Positions 9,875 to 19,561 of a stretch of 64,000 bases of DNA are shown piece after piece. The position numbers and the translations under genes are program-made. Under the pieces are notes generated by a model. That model saw nothing but the letters and a program-made list of their open reading frames with translations, ran no database searches and had not been told where the DNA came from. The stretch comes from an uncultured Actinomycetota bacterium (GTDB taxonomy: Bacteria > Actinomycetota > Actinomycetes > Propionibacteriales > Nocardioidaceae): positions 2,717 to 66,716 of the forward strand of contig CAVWXS010000018.1 in NCBI GenBank assembly GCA_963758885.1, in the 5' to 3' direction. Position 1 is the first letter of the stretch, and each line of letters begins with the position of its first letter.

Positions 9875-10700
9875 ATGGGCTCGTCGGGCACCGTCCGCGT
9901 GGGCATCTCCGGGTGGCGCTACCCCTCCTGGCGCGGCGACTTCTACCCGCGCGGGCTGCCCCAGCGGCGTGAGCTCGAGTACGCCGCGCAACAGCTGACG
10001 TCGGTCGAGCTCAACGGCTCGTTCTACTCGCTGCAGCGTCCCGAGTCCTACCGGCGCTGGCGCGCGGAGGTCCCTGACGGATTCGTGTTCGCCGTCAAGG
10101 GAGGACGGTTCGTCACCCACTACAAGCGGCTGCGGGCCGTCGAGACGCCGCTCGCCAACTTCTTCGCCTCCGGGGTGCTCGAGCTCGGGCCTGCTCTCGG
10201 CCCGGTGCTGTGGCAGCTGCCCGAGCGCCTGGCGTTCGACGCGGAGGTCCTGGGCGCGTTCCTGGACCTGTTGCCCTCCACCACAGGTGCCGCCGCCGCC
10301 CTGGCGGGCAAGCACGACGAGAAGGTGCCCGAGGACCGCGCCGTCACGACGACCGAGCACGACCGGCCGTTGCGGCACGCCCTGGAGTTCCGCAGCCCGA
10401 CGTTCGCCCACGAGGCGGCGTACGCCCTGCTCCGGGAGTACGACGTGGCCTGCGTCGTCGCTGACACCGCCGGCCGCTGGCCGCAGGTCTTCGAGGTGAC
10501 CGCAGACTTCGTCTACGTGCGCCTCCACGGGGACCAGGAGCTCTACGCCAGCGGTTACTCCGCCGCCGCGCTCGACGAGTGGGCCGGGCGCTGTCGCGCC
10601 TGGGCGAGCCGACGGGCTCGACGTCTACGTCTACTTCGACAACGACATCTAGGGTTTCGCGCCGCACGACGCGGTCGCGCTGCTCGAGCGGTTGTCGTGA
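9875..10700 (+). CDS. DUF72 family protein (frameshift near 10610, in-frame TAG at 10650)
   Basis: VRVGISGWRY...SVELNGSFYSLQ...FAVKGGRFVTH...VYVRLHG. The C-terminus DVYVYFDND..APHDAVALLERLS* is in a shifted frame. Confidence 0.85.
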
Positions 10701-10975
10701 CGGGTGGTTTCGAGGCTCGTCGCTGGCGCTCCTCGCACCTCAACCACCGAGTCACGAGCGGTTGTCGTGACGGGTGGTTTCGAGGCTCGTCGCTGGCGCT
10801 CCTCGCACCTCAACCACCGAGTCACGAGCGGTTGTCGTGATGGGTGGTTTCGAGGCTCGTCGCTGGCGCTCCTCGCACCTCAACCACCGAGTCACGAGCG
10901 GTTGCGCTCCTCACACCTCAACCACCGAGTCGCATCCGGTGGTTGAGGTGCGAGCTTGCGAGCCTCGAAACCACC
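10685..10975. repeat. Tandem array of three near-identical 70-bp units containing a REP palindrome, plus a partial unit and an inverted REP
   Basis: Units start at 10685, 10755 and 10825 (one C/T difference); partial unit from 10895; inverted REP at ~10938-10975. Confidence 0.92.
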
Positions 10976-10982
10976 ATTCCGA

Positions 10983-11648
10983 TCAACCAGCGGCGAGCTG
11001 GGCAAGCACCTGCGGCAGCGCCGCTGCGACCTCCCGCGGCGTGTCGTAGACCGCCACCGCACCGGCGTCCCGCAGCTCCGCCTGGGAGTAGCCACCGGTC
11101 AGCACGCCCACGCACGGGATGCCCGCGCGGGCGGCGGACTCGACGTCCCACACCGCGTCGCCGACCAGGAAGGCGTGGGTGGAGCCAGCCCGGTCCAGGG
11201 CCCGCTCGACCAGGTCGGGGGCGGGCTTGCTCGGGCCCTCGTCGCCGGACACGACCTCGCCGATCATCCGCGAACCCTCGACCAGCGCAAGCAGGGCCTC
11301 CGTGTCCTCGGGCTTCGAGGAGCTCGCGACCACCTGCCTCAGGCCGGCGTCGCGGCACGCCACGAGCAGCTCGGCCGCCCCGTCCAGCGCATGCACCTCT
11401 GGGCGGCGGAGCCGGAACAGGTCGTCGTGGAGCTTGCGGATCACGTCACCGACGGCCTCCTCGGTGGCGTCGCCCGCCACCGCCGCGACGAGCCGGTCGC
11501 CGCCCATGCCGACGGCCCGGTGCAGCCGGTACGTCGGGATGTCGACGCCGACCTCGCGGAAGGCCTCCTTCCACGCCAGGGCGTGGACGTAGACCGAGTC
11601 CACGAGGGTGCCGTCGAGGTCGAGGACGACGGTGTCGGGGCGGGTCAT
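10983..11648 (-). CDS. HAD-superfamily hydrolase/phosphatase
   Basis: DLDGTLVDS motif I, SKPAPD, VGDAVWD. Confidence 0.92.
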   Translation of the reverse strand: MTRPDTVVLDLDGTLVDSVYVHALAWKEAFREVGVDIPTYRLHRAVGMGGDRLVAAVAGDATEEAVGDVIRKLHDDLFRLRRPEVHALDGAAELLVACRDAGLRQVVASSSKPEDTEALLALVEGSRMIGEVVSGDEGPSKPAPDLVERALDRAGSTHAFLVGDAVWDVESAARAGIPCVGVLTGGYSQAELRDAGAVAVYDTPREVAAALPQVLAQLAAG

Positions 11649-11703
11649 CGCTGGGTCATTCGCTGGGTCATTCGCTGGGTCGTCGCTTGGTCGTCGCTGG
11701 GCT
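11643..11703. repeat. Short 11-12 bp tandem repeats (CGCTGGGTCATT variants, about 5 copies)
   Basis: Read directly; they fill the intergenic space and overlap the HAD start codon. Confidence 0.7.
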
Positions 11704-11918
11704 CACGAGTGCGAGGCTTTGCCGCCCTTGCGGCCGGCCTTCTTCTTCTGGGCGGTGGTGCCGCCCTGGCGCGAGTCGCTCTTCTTCTTCGACTCGCCGC
11801 CGTGCTTGGAGGCGTCGGGTGAGTTGGCGATCTTGGCCGCCCGTTCCTTCGACATCCCCTTGTCCTTGAGCGCCTCGTACTGCTTCTCGTTCTTGACGTT
11901 GGCCGACTTGCTGGGCAT
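11703..11918 (-). CDS. Small basic general-stress protein (YEALKDKGMSKERAAKIAN family)
   Basis: 71 aa, strong GGAGGAGG RBS, motif typical of small stress-regulon proteins. Confidence 0.85.
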   Translation of the reverse strand: MPSKSANVKNEKQYEALKDKGMSKERAAKIANSPDASKHGGESKKKSDSRQGGTTAQKKKAGRKGGKASHS

Positions 11919-12024
11919 GGCTCCTCCTCCAGTTCCTCCCGTTGGTCATCGTGATCTGGAGGTACCCCCGGCTCGCACCGGTAAGCGTCGAGGGCACGAT
12001 TCCGACGAGTGGGTACCGGATCAC

Positions 12025-13953
12025 GTGACTTCGACCGGCGGCCGCCGCTCCGACGACCTCGACAGTCGCGTGGGTAGCGCCGACGACGTCAGGCGGGCCT
12101 ACGAGGTCACGCCTTTCGCGATGGCGTCGGTGATGGGACCGGACCACGTGTTCGCGACGAGCAACGCGGCGTACCGGACGATGTTCGCCCGATCTGGCAT
12201 CGTCGGGAGGCGGGTGCTCGACGTCTTCCCCGAGCTGGCGGGCCAGCAGGCGGTCGAGATCCTCGAGCGGGTCCGGCGGACCGGAGAGACGGTGGCGCAC
12301 ACCGGCTGGCGGTTCGACCTGGACGTCGACGGCGCCGGCAAGCTGCGCCCGTTCTACTTCGACTTCTTCGCCACGCCTGTCCTCGGGGCGGACGGTGAGG
12401 TTGACGGGGTGCAGGTCACGCAGCTCGACGTGACGGAGCGGGTGCTCGGACAGCGCGACGCCGAGCAGGCAGCCCGCGACCGCCGGCGCCGCGACATCGA
12501 CGCGGCGGCGGGCGTCGCCAGGTTGCAGGACGTGTTGCTGCCGACGGACCTTCCGCTGGTGCCGTGCGTGGACATCGAGGCCCGCTACCTGCTCGCGGGG
12601 GGCAAAGGTTCCGGTGGCGACTGGTTCGACGCCGTGGTCCGGCCTGATGGCCACATCGCTCTCGTGGTGGGCGACGTCGTGGGGCACGGGGTCCGCGCCT
12701 CGGCCGTGATGGGCCAGCTGAGGGCGGTGCTGCACAGCCAGCTGCTGACTCGGTCGACGTTGTCGGAGGCCCTGGCGGTGCTCGACCGCTACGCCGAGCG
12801 CGAGATCGAGTCGCGGGCCACCACGGTGTGTGTCCTCGAGCTTGACGCTGACAGCGGGCAGCTGGAGTACTGCACGGCCGGACACCCGCCACCGCTCGTC
12901 GTGACGGGCGCCGGCGACGCGCAGTACCTCGTACCGACGGGGGCCGGCCCGCTGGCGACGGGGAAGGGGTTCGCGACGCGACGGGCCAGCCTCGCCGACA
13001 GTGACCTCGTGGTGATGTACACCGACGGGCTGGTCGACCGGCCGGGGCGCACCCCCGCCGAGAGCACGGTGCAGCTGCGGGAGGTGGTCCGTGAGACGGC
13101 ACGCAACGCGCACCTGCGCGCCGGTACGCCGTCACGGCCTGTCGCTCGCGTGTGCGAGACCGGCCTGGAGCTGTTGACGCGCGAGACGGGGTACGACGAC
13201 GACATCACGCTGCTGGCAGCGCAACGACGTCGCCAGGCGGCGCCGTTCTCGGCGTCCCTCGACGCGACCCTGGCCACGGTTCCCGCCGCCCGCGACGCCG
13301 TCAGCGAGTGGCTCCTGCCTCTCGGCATCAGCGGCGTCGACGACCTCGCGGTGCGGCACGCCGTCGGCGAGCTCGTCGCCAACGCCGTCGTCCACGCCAA
13401 CGCGGGGGAGGACCCGCCCCGCTCGCACCTGGTCGAGGTCGACGCCGAGGTCGACGGCGACGGTGTCCTCGCGTGCCGCATCCACGACGACGGGCAGTGG
13501 GTCGACGTCGCGGCGAGCGCGTCCGGTGGTCTCGGCCTCGGCATGGTCACGAGCATGGTCGACCACCTGGCCATCGACACGCAGGGGTCGGGCACGAGCG
13601 CCACCTTCCGGCATCGGCTGACCCGGGAGGCCAGCCTGTTCGCACCCGGTCCAGGGACGACGGTCGGGGGTGCGGGCCGCGGGGCCTCGCTGTCCGTCGA
13701 GGCGGACGAGTCGGTGCTCCGTCTCTCCGGCGCGGTCGACGCCCAGGGCGCCGAGCGGCTGCGCGTAGCCCTGCACGGTGCGGGCCGCGGCGGAACCGCC
13801 GAGGTCACCGTCGATCTCACGGACGTCACCTACCTCGGCAGCTCCGGTGTCCGCGTCCTCGCCGAGGCGCTGCGCGGCGAGTCGCGGGTCAGGCTGGTGG
13901 CTCCGCCGGGAAGCATCGCCCACCACGTCCTCGGCGTCGTCCAGCTGAGCTGA
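12025..13953 (+). CDS. PAS + PP2C/SpoIIE phosphatase + HATPase anti-sigma + STAS anti-anti-sigma fusion (Rv1364c-like architecture)
   Basis: GGDWFD, VGDVVGHG, AGHPPP, YTDGLV, DDITLL (PP2C); ELVANAVVHA, DDGQW, GLGL (HATPase); DLTDVTYLGSSGVRVL (STAS). Confidence 0.9.
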   Translation: MTSTGGRRSDDLDSRVGSADDVRRAYEVTPFAMASVMGPDHVFATSNAAYRTMFARSGIVGRRVLDVFPELAGQQAVEILERVRRTGETVAHTGWRFDLDVDGAGKLRPFYFDFFATPVLGADGEVDGVQVTQLDVTERVLGQRDAEQAARDRRRRDIDAAAGVARLQDVLLPTDLPLVPCVDIEARYLLAGGKGSGGDWFDAVVRPDGHIALVVGDVVGHGVRASAVMGQLRAVLHSQLLTRSTLSEALAVLDRYAEREIESRATTVCVLELDADSGQLEYCTAGHPPPLVVTGAGDAQYLVPTGAGPLATGKGFATRRASLADSDLVVMYTDGLVDRPGRTPAESTVQLREVVRETARNAHLRAGTPSRPVARVCETGLELLTRETGYDDDITLLAAQRRRQAAPFSASLDATLATVPAARDAVSEWLLPLGISGVDDLAVRHAVGELVANAVVHANAGEDPPRSHLVEVDAEVDGDGVLACRIHDDGQWVDVAASASGGLGLGMVTSMVDHLAIDTQGSGTSATFRHRLTREASLFAPGPGTTVGGAGRGASLSVEADESVLRLSGAVDAQGAERLRVALHGAGRGGTAEVTVDLTDVTYLGSSGVRVLAEALRGESRVRLVAPPGSIAHHVLGVVQLS

Positions 13954-14078
13954 GAACGACGTCGCGCTTCGAGCGCAAACAGGCACAACTCGGTTTACGT
14001 CGTTGCTCCAGGCGGCGCACCGGTGCCGACAGCAGGGTTGTGCCTGTTCAACTACGCGGTTCTAGCGCGCGCCAGCAG

Positions 14079-14750
14079 TTACGAGCGGATCAGCCACGAG
14101 GGCGGAACCGGCCCGTCGGGCCAGGCAGTGATGCACACGCGGTTGCCGGCGCGGTCGGCGAGGATCCAGCCGACCGGGGCGTCGGCGTCGTCGACGATGC
14201 GGCCTCCTGCGGCAAGGGCCGCCGCCAGGCGCGCCTCGACGTGCTCGCGAGCGACGGACACGTCGACGTGCATCGCGTGCTGGAGCGGCTTGGCCGGGTC
14301 GAGCTCCTGCATGCAGACCGTCGAGCCGTGCCCCAGCGGGTCGGCACCGTTGTCGTCGTCCAGCTCGGTGTACCCGAGGACAGCGCGCCAGAAGCCGACG
14401 TCGACCGCATCGGGCTTCGCGGCAACGGTCAGCTGGACCTCTTGTGCGCCTGTCCGATCGGCGACAGCACCGTGCGCACGCGCGATGGCCGAGACTTCCC
14501 GCGCCAGGGCGATGTGTCGTTCCTCCAGCCGAAACACACCACGGGTCAACCGCACGCTGAGGCGGCCATCGGCGATGGTCAGCAGAGTCCCCGAGTCCGC
14601 AAGGCCGGGCACCTGGACGACCGCCTGGGCAAGCCGCGCAGCATCGCTGACCGACGGGACCCGAAACACGGCAGTCGCTCCGCCGTGCAGGACCACCCAG
14701 TCGTCAACGCCGTCCGCCGCGAGGAACTCCCGCCATCCCTGCTCGCTCAT
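14079..14750 (-). CDS. Pterin-4a-carbinolamine dehydratase-like plus VOC/glyoxalase domain protein
   Basis: FLAADGVDDWVVLHGGA...FWRAVLGY...MHVDVSV...LADRAGNRVCI; GGAGG RBS. Confidence 0.8.
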   Translation of the reverse strand: MSEQGWREFLAADGVDDWVVLHGGATAVFRVPSVSDAARLAQAVVQVPGLADSGTLLTIADGRLSVRLTRGVFRLEERHIALAREVSAIARAHGAVADRTGAQEVQLTVAAKPDAVDVGFWRAVLGYTELDDDNGADPLGHGSTVCMQELDPAKPLQHAMHVDVSVAREHVEARLAAALAAGGRIVDDADAPVGWILADRAGNRVCITAWPDGPVPPSWLIRS

Positions 14751-14791
14751 GGTCGCCTCCTTGGCCCAGAAGGTAGTGCAGGGCTTCGCCG

Positions 14792-15421
14792 TCACCGAGT
14801 GAACGTGAACCAGCGGCGGCCGGGCTCGAGAGGACGAGGCTCGGCCACGAGCCGATGGACACCCACCGACCAATGCTCTCCCTCCGGTGCGACGAACGCG
14901 AGCTCCTCGAAGCCCGAGTCCGCGAACCAGCCCCGGATGGCGGGCGTGAGATCCGGGTCGTTGCGGTGGCGGGTCCAGATCACCTCAGCACCTGGAGCGC
15001 AGAGCTCGGGCGCCGCCTCCACGGTCGCCCGTACGTCGGCGTCGCTGATGTTGCCGAAAATGCCGCACAGCAACACCAGATCGGCCGGCACGGCGTGGGC
15101 GTAGACGTCACTCCGGGCCGCGTCAGCCTGCCGGACCTCGATCGTCGCAGCCAGCCCGTCGGCGACCTCGCGGGCCGTCGCAGCCAGGCCGGCGTCGTAC
15201 TCGACCAAGAGGGCCGTGACGCGGTTCGCGTCCGTCCGCCCCGAGAGGACGCCGAGTAGGTCGCGCCCGTCGCCTGCACAGGCGCTGACCACGCGTACCG
15301 GGTCGGGCGCGGTGGCATCCAGGTGACGCTCGATCTGAGCTCTGACCGCCGCGAGCCGATCGCGCAAGCCGGAGCCCGGCCGGGCGTAGGCGTCGTGCCA
15401 CTCTGCCCAGTTGGTGCTCAT
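14792..15421 (-). CDS. Class I SAM-dependent methyltransferase (actinobacterial)
   Basis: WAEWHDAY...RVVSACAGDGRDLL...ADLVLLCGIFGNIS; AAGGAGG RBS. Confidence 0.82.
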   Translation of the reverse strand: MSTNWAEWHDAYARPGSGLRDRLAAVRAQIERHLDATAPDPVRVVSACAGDGRDLLGVLSGRTDANRVTALLVEYDAGLAATAREVADGLAATIEVRQADAARSDVYAHAVPADLVLLCGIFGNISDADVRATVEAAPELCAPGAEVIWTRHRNDPDLTPAIRGWFADSGFEELAFVAPEGEHWSVGVHRLVAEPRPLEPGRRWFTFTR

Positions 15422-15447
15422 GAGCGTTGGCTCCTCCTTCGTCGAGC

Positions 15448-16396
15448 TCATCCACGGCTGATGCAGCGGAAACCGAGGTGGGACGTCGATGTGTCGACGG
15501 GCTGCGCCATCCGCGCAGCGGGCCGATAGCGACGGCAGTAGTTCGGCGCGCAGAGGTGAGAACCGCCCTTCATCACCCGGCGCGGGATCATCACACCGAG
15601 GACCGTCGGATCGTGGCTCCCCTCGCGCTCGCCCCCACGAGGGTTCTCGATGCTGCAACAGGCGTGAACGGCCGGGGCGTGAGCCCCGTACCAGTCGCTG
15701 GTCCACTCCCACACGTTCCCCGTCATGTCGAACAGGCCATAGCCATTGGGCGGGAACGAACCGACCGGGGCCGTGCCGAGGTGGCCGTCCTCGCGTGTGT
15801 TGTGCAGGGGGAACTGACCCTGCCAGGTGTTCGCCATCCAGCGGCCCCCCGGTGTGAACTCGTCGCCCCAGGAGTACGTCGCCCCGTCCAGGCCGCCGCG
15901 GGCGGCGTACTCCCACTCGGCCTCGGTCGGTAGCTCCTTGCCGGCCCACTCGGCGTAGGCGACCACGTCGTCCCAGGCGACGTGGACCACGGGATGGTCC
16001 GGCAACCGCTTCACCGAGCTCCCGGGTCCCTGCGGTTGGCGCCAGCTGGCCCCGGGCACGTACGTCCACCAGTTGTGAGGGTTGTCCAACGACACCGGGC
16101 GGGTCGGCTGACGGAACACGACGGACGCGGCAACGAGCATCTCCGGCGCCGCCCCCGGATAGTCGGCCGGGTCCGGCTCGCGCTCGGCAGCAGGTGACGT
16201 AGCGGGTCTTCTTCACGAACCGGGAGAAGTCCGCATTGGTGACGGTGTGCTCGTCCATCCAGAAGCCGTCCACGCTGACCCGGCGCGTCGGCGACTCCTC
16301 GGGATAGTGGTCATCGGAGCCCATCAGGAAGGTCCCGCCCGGGATCCAGACCATGCCCGGTTGACTCGTCGCGCGAGCTCGGCGCGTCCCGGCCAT
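15448..16396 (-). CDS. Formylglycine-generating enzyme (SUMF1/FGE) family protein (frameshift near 16190)
   Basis: MVWIPGGTFLMGSDDHYPEE; LPTEAEWEYAARGG; NGYGLFDMTGNVWEW; GGSHLCAPNYCRRYR; HLGFRC. Confidence 0.88.
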
Positions 16397-16540
16397 GGCC
16401 CCTCCTGCCTGTCGGTGACGGGACGGCATCATCGCTCACGCTGATGACTGCCGCCTCGATCGTGGACCACCAGGCGTGAGGGGCTCATCCTCTTCGGGTG
16501 AGCCGTCCAGTCGAGCTGGCTCGACTCGGCGAGGCTTCCT

Positions 16541-17889
16541 CTACTTCTGCGGAGTCAGGTAGGTGAAGTACACGGTGACGGCAGCCACGTCGAACGAGTC
16601 CGTTCCCTTCGTCTCGATCATCCACCTGACGCCCCTGGCGTAGTCGGTGAAGTACGGCGCCTCGAACGGGTAGCTGACCGGTGGAGTCGTTGTCACCGTC
16701 TCCTCCGCGACCGCCGCGGACGAGGTCGCCGAGCTGCCACCGGGGATAGTAGCCGCCCATGGGGATCAACGTTGCCGAGTCGATCTCACCGGCCACCGTG
16801 GGCTTGCCCCGCATCGACACCCACGAGGTGCGCAGGCCGCGGGGCGCGACCTCCGGCGGCAGGATCGGTGCCAGGTCGACGCCGCCGACCCGCTGTCGCG
16901 AGGCTGGGCCGGTCCCAGGTGCCCCCGCAGGCGTCGGACGAGCGGAAGCTCATCGCACCCGGGTCGGCGTACACCTCGGAGGGCACCACGGTGCCGCACG
17001 GGACGGGCTGCACGTCGTCGCCTCCTCTGCTCGACGAACGACCCGCAGGGACCGAGGCGGCGGTCGGGGCGACCACCACGTACCCGGTCGCCTCGACCAG
17101 TGGCCGGTCCGAGACGTTCACGGTCACCGTCTGCGTGCCACCGGGGTTGCCGGCCAGGTCCCGCACGGTGAACCGGAGCCCGTAGGTCCCCGCCGGTAGC
17201 GGGTTGTTCGCGGCATCACGTCCACGGAACGAGAGCGGCATGGAGTAGTAGTAGCCCGAGGAGAGGTACTGGAACGGCTGCTGCTTCGAGACCACGCGGC
17301 CCTCGGCGTCCGTCACGATCTCGGCGACCTTGCCCAGAGAAGTCATCGGGTCGTCGGGCACGTTGCCGAGGGTCAGTCCGACGAAGTCCGTCGGGTAGCC
17401 CGCGGTGTTCGGGTAGACGGTGTCCGCGCTGGTTCTCGGTGCCCACGTCGCGTCGAACGTGGTGTCGACGTAGACGGCGGTGCCGCGGTTCTGCTTCTTG
17501 CCGTCCTCGGCGACCTGGTCGGCAACGAAGACGGCGGTGTAGTGGCCGTCCTTGACGACCTTGCCGTTGCGGTTCTTGCCGTTCCACACCCAGGTGTGGT
17601 CGCCGCGGGTGACCTTGCCGAGCTTCTCCTTGTACACCAGGGTCCGCGCCTCGTTGGTGCGCCGGATCTTGACGATGACCTCGGACTTCCTGGCCAGGGT
17701 GAACGCGATCCGGGCCTTGTCCTGGGAGTGGTCGCCGTTCGGAGAAAACGCGACGCCGTACCAGTCGACGTCGAGCTTGATGACCGGACCGGCCTGCTCG
17801 GCGGCGTCCGCCGTCGTGGCGGTGGCGAGCGGGCTGGCGGTGGTGGCGATGGCGGCGAGCGCGGCCGCGGCGGTACGAAGGGAGTGCAT
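16541..17889 (-). CDS. Secreted protein with FlgD Ig-like domain(s) (frameshifts at about 16880 and 16720)
   Basis: Ala-rich signal peptide; FSPNGD, WVWNGKNRNGKVVKDGHY, GRDAANNPLPAGTY. C-terminus ...FDVAAVTVYFTYLTPQK* ends at 16541 in a shifted frame. Confidence 0.75.
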
Positions 17890-17931
17890 GGTGACTGTGT
17901 GACGTCACGACTGCGAAAAAGGTTCGGGGAC

Positions 17932-17954
17932 CAAGTGAGGTAGTTCCACGGCTG
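17932..17954 (+). promoter_or_regulatory. Candidate operator/promoter motif, copy 1 (CAAGTGAGGTAGTTCCACGGCTG)
   Basis: Identical 23 bp at 19506-19528; both copies lie just upstream of a + strand gene. Confidence 0.7.
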
Positions 17955-17987
17955 CCTCGGTGCCGTCGAGCCGGAAGCATGGAGGAC

Positions 17988-18440
17988 ATGCCCGGAACCG
18001 CTGAACAGCTGATGAGCGCTGCGATCTGGCACGTCAGTCCCGACCTGCGCCAGGCCAACGAGATGAGCGCCGGCTGTGCGATCGGCCACCTCGGCATCGA
18101 GCTCACCGAGCTCGGCGCGGACCACCTGATCGGTCGGATGCCAGTCGACAGCCGTACGCGCCAGCCGTTCGGGATCCTGCACGGCGGCGCCTCGGTGTTG
18201 TTCGCCGAGACCTTGGTCAGCTGCGCGGCCACGTTCGTCGCCGCACCTGGCCAGGCGTGCGTCGGCATGGAGATCAACGCCAACCACCTGCGACCGGTCA
18301 CCTCCGGCTGGGTCACCGGCACCGCCCGGCCGATCTCGTTGGGCCGTCGCACGCAGGTCTGGGAGGTCCGGATCGTCGACGACAACGACAAGCTCGTGTG
18401 CATCTCACGATGCACGATGGCGGTGATCGACGCGCCATGA
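17988..18440 (+). CDS. Hotdog-fold PaaI/MenI-like acyl-CoA thioesterase
   Basis: RQPFGILHGGASVLFAET, GMEINANHLRP, GRRTQVWE. Confidence 0.92.
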   Translation: MPGTAEQLMSAAIWHVSPDLRQANEMSAGCAIGHLGIELTELGADHLIGRMPVDSRTRQPFGILHGGASVLFAETLVSCAATFVAAPGQACVGMEINANHLRPVTSGWVTGTARPISLGRRTQVWEVRIVDDNDKLVCISRCTMAVIDAP

Positions 18441-18479
18441 CGCCGGCACCCCCGCCAGACCCTGCTGTTCACTGGTGTC

Positions 18480-19512
18480 GTGGCTGCACGTCGGCAGCGC
18501 TTCGGGATGGCGCACCTGGAGGATGGCGGGAGGGTGGCCTATGCGCTGACCGGCACCGGGCCACTCCTGCTGGTGGCGCCAGGCTGGCTCAGCCATCTGG
18601 AGCTGGGTTGGTCCATCCCGGCCGAGCGCATGTTCCACGAGGCGCTGTCGTCGGGGCGCACCCTGGTGCGCTACGACCGCCCGGGGTGCGGCCTCTCGGA
18701 TCCCTACGAGGGACCTCGGACCATGGCGCTCGAGCTGGCCACGATCAGCGCGGTGACCGAGGCGCTCGGTGCCACGCGCTTCGACCTGCTGGGCTGGTCG
18801 CTGGGCGCCGCGGTGGCTGCGCAGTGGGCTGCCGAGAATCCGGAGACAGTCTCGCGGCTGGTGCTGTACGGCGGCTGGGCCACGGGCAGCGCGATCGGCG
18901 ACGAGGACAGCAGACGGCACCTGCTCGGGCTGCTGGCGACCCACTGGGGCCTGGGATCTGACCTGCTCACCGACCTCTTCGCTCCCGAGACGGACGCCGG
19001 AACCCGCCGTGCCCTGGCTCAGTACCAGCGCGCGGCCTCCTCGGCCGAGACGGCGGTAGCGCTGCTTGGCCTGGCGTACGACCTCGACGTGCTGCCGGCC
19101 CTCGCCCGGATCACAGCGCCGACGCTGGTGCTCCACCGGCGCGGAGACCGAGCAGCTCCGGCCGACGCAGAGCAGGACGCTCGCCGAGGCGATCGCGGAC
19201 GCGGAGCTCGTCGAGCTCGAGGGCCGGTCACACCTCCCGGCCATGGGGGATGCGCAGGCCGTGGTCGACCAGGTACGGCGCTTCCTCGGGCTCCCTCGGC
19301 TGCGCCGGGCGGTGCCGACCAGTCTCACCCCCCGCCAGGCCGAGGTGGCGGCCCTGGTGGCGGACGGCCTCACGAACCGTGAGCTGGCCGAGCGCCTCGG
19401 GATCAGCGAACGGTCGGCGGAGTCGCACCTGGAGCGGATCCGGCTACGCCTCGGGTTCAGGTCGCGCGCCCAGGTCGCCGCCTGGTACGTCGCGCGCGAG
19501 CCGCACAAGTGA
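18480..19512 (+). CDS. Alpha/beta-hydrolase plus LuxR HTH regulator (frameshift near 19160)
   Basis: GWLSHLELGW, RYDRPGCGLSD, GWSLGA; second frame LTPRQAEVAALVADGLTNRELAERLGISERSAESHLERIR. Confidence 0.85.
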
Positions 19513-19528
19513 GGTAGTTCCACGGCTG
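19506..19528 (+). promoter_or_regulatory. Candidate operator/promoter motif, copy 2
   Basis: Identical to 17932-17954; overlaps the regulator stop codon. Confidence 0.7.
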
Positions 19529-19561
19529 TGCCGAGGTGCCGGCCCCACGGAGCATGGTGAC

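Noticed and set aside
10650-10652. In-frame TAG in the DUF72 C-terminus as possible recoding (pyrrolysine/readthrough)
   Set aside because: No pyl genes seen. The site is next to a frameshift and a single change (AAG) restores a plausible NDIKG, so error or point mutation is more likely.
10685-10975. Possible CRISPR array
   Set aside because: The sequences between palindromes are identical rather than unique spacers, the unit includes a gene end, and there are no cas genes.
14792-16432. 546-aa FGE-methyltransferase fusion ORF
   Set aside because: Artefact of the frameshift at ~16190; the methyltransferase has its own RBS and start at 15421.
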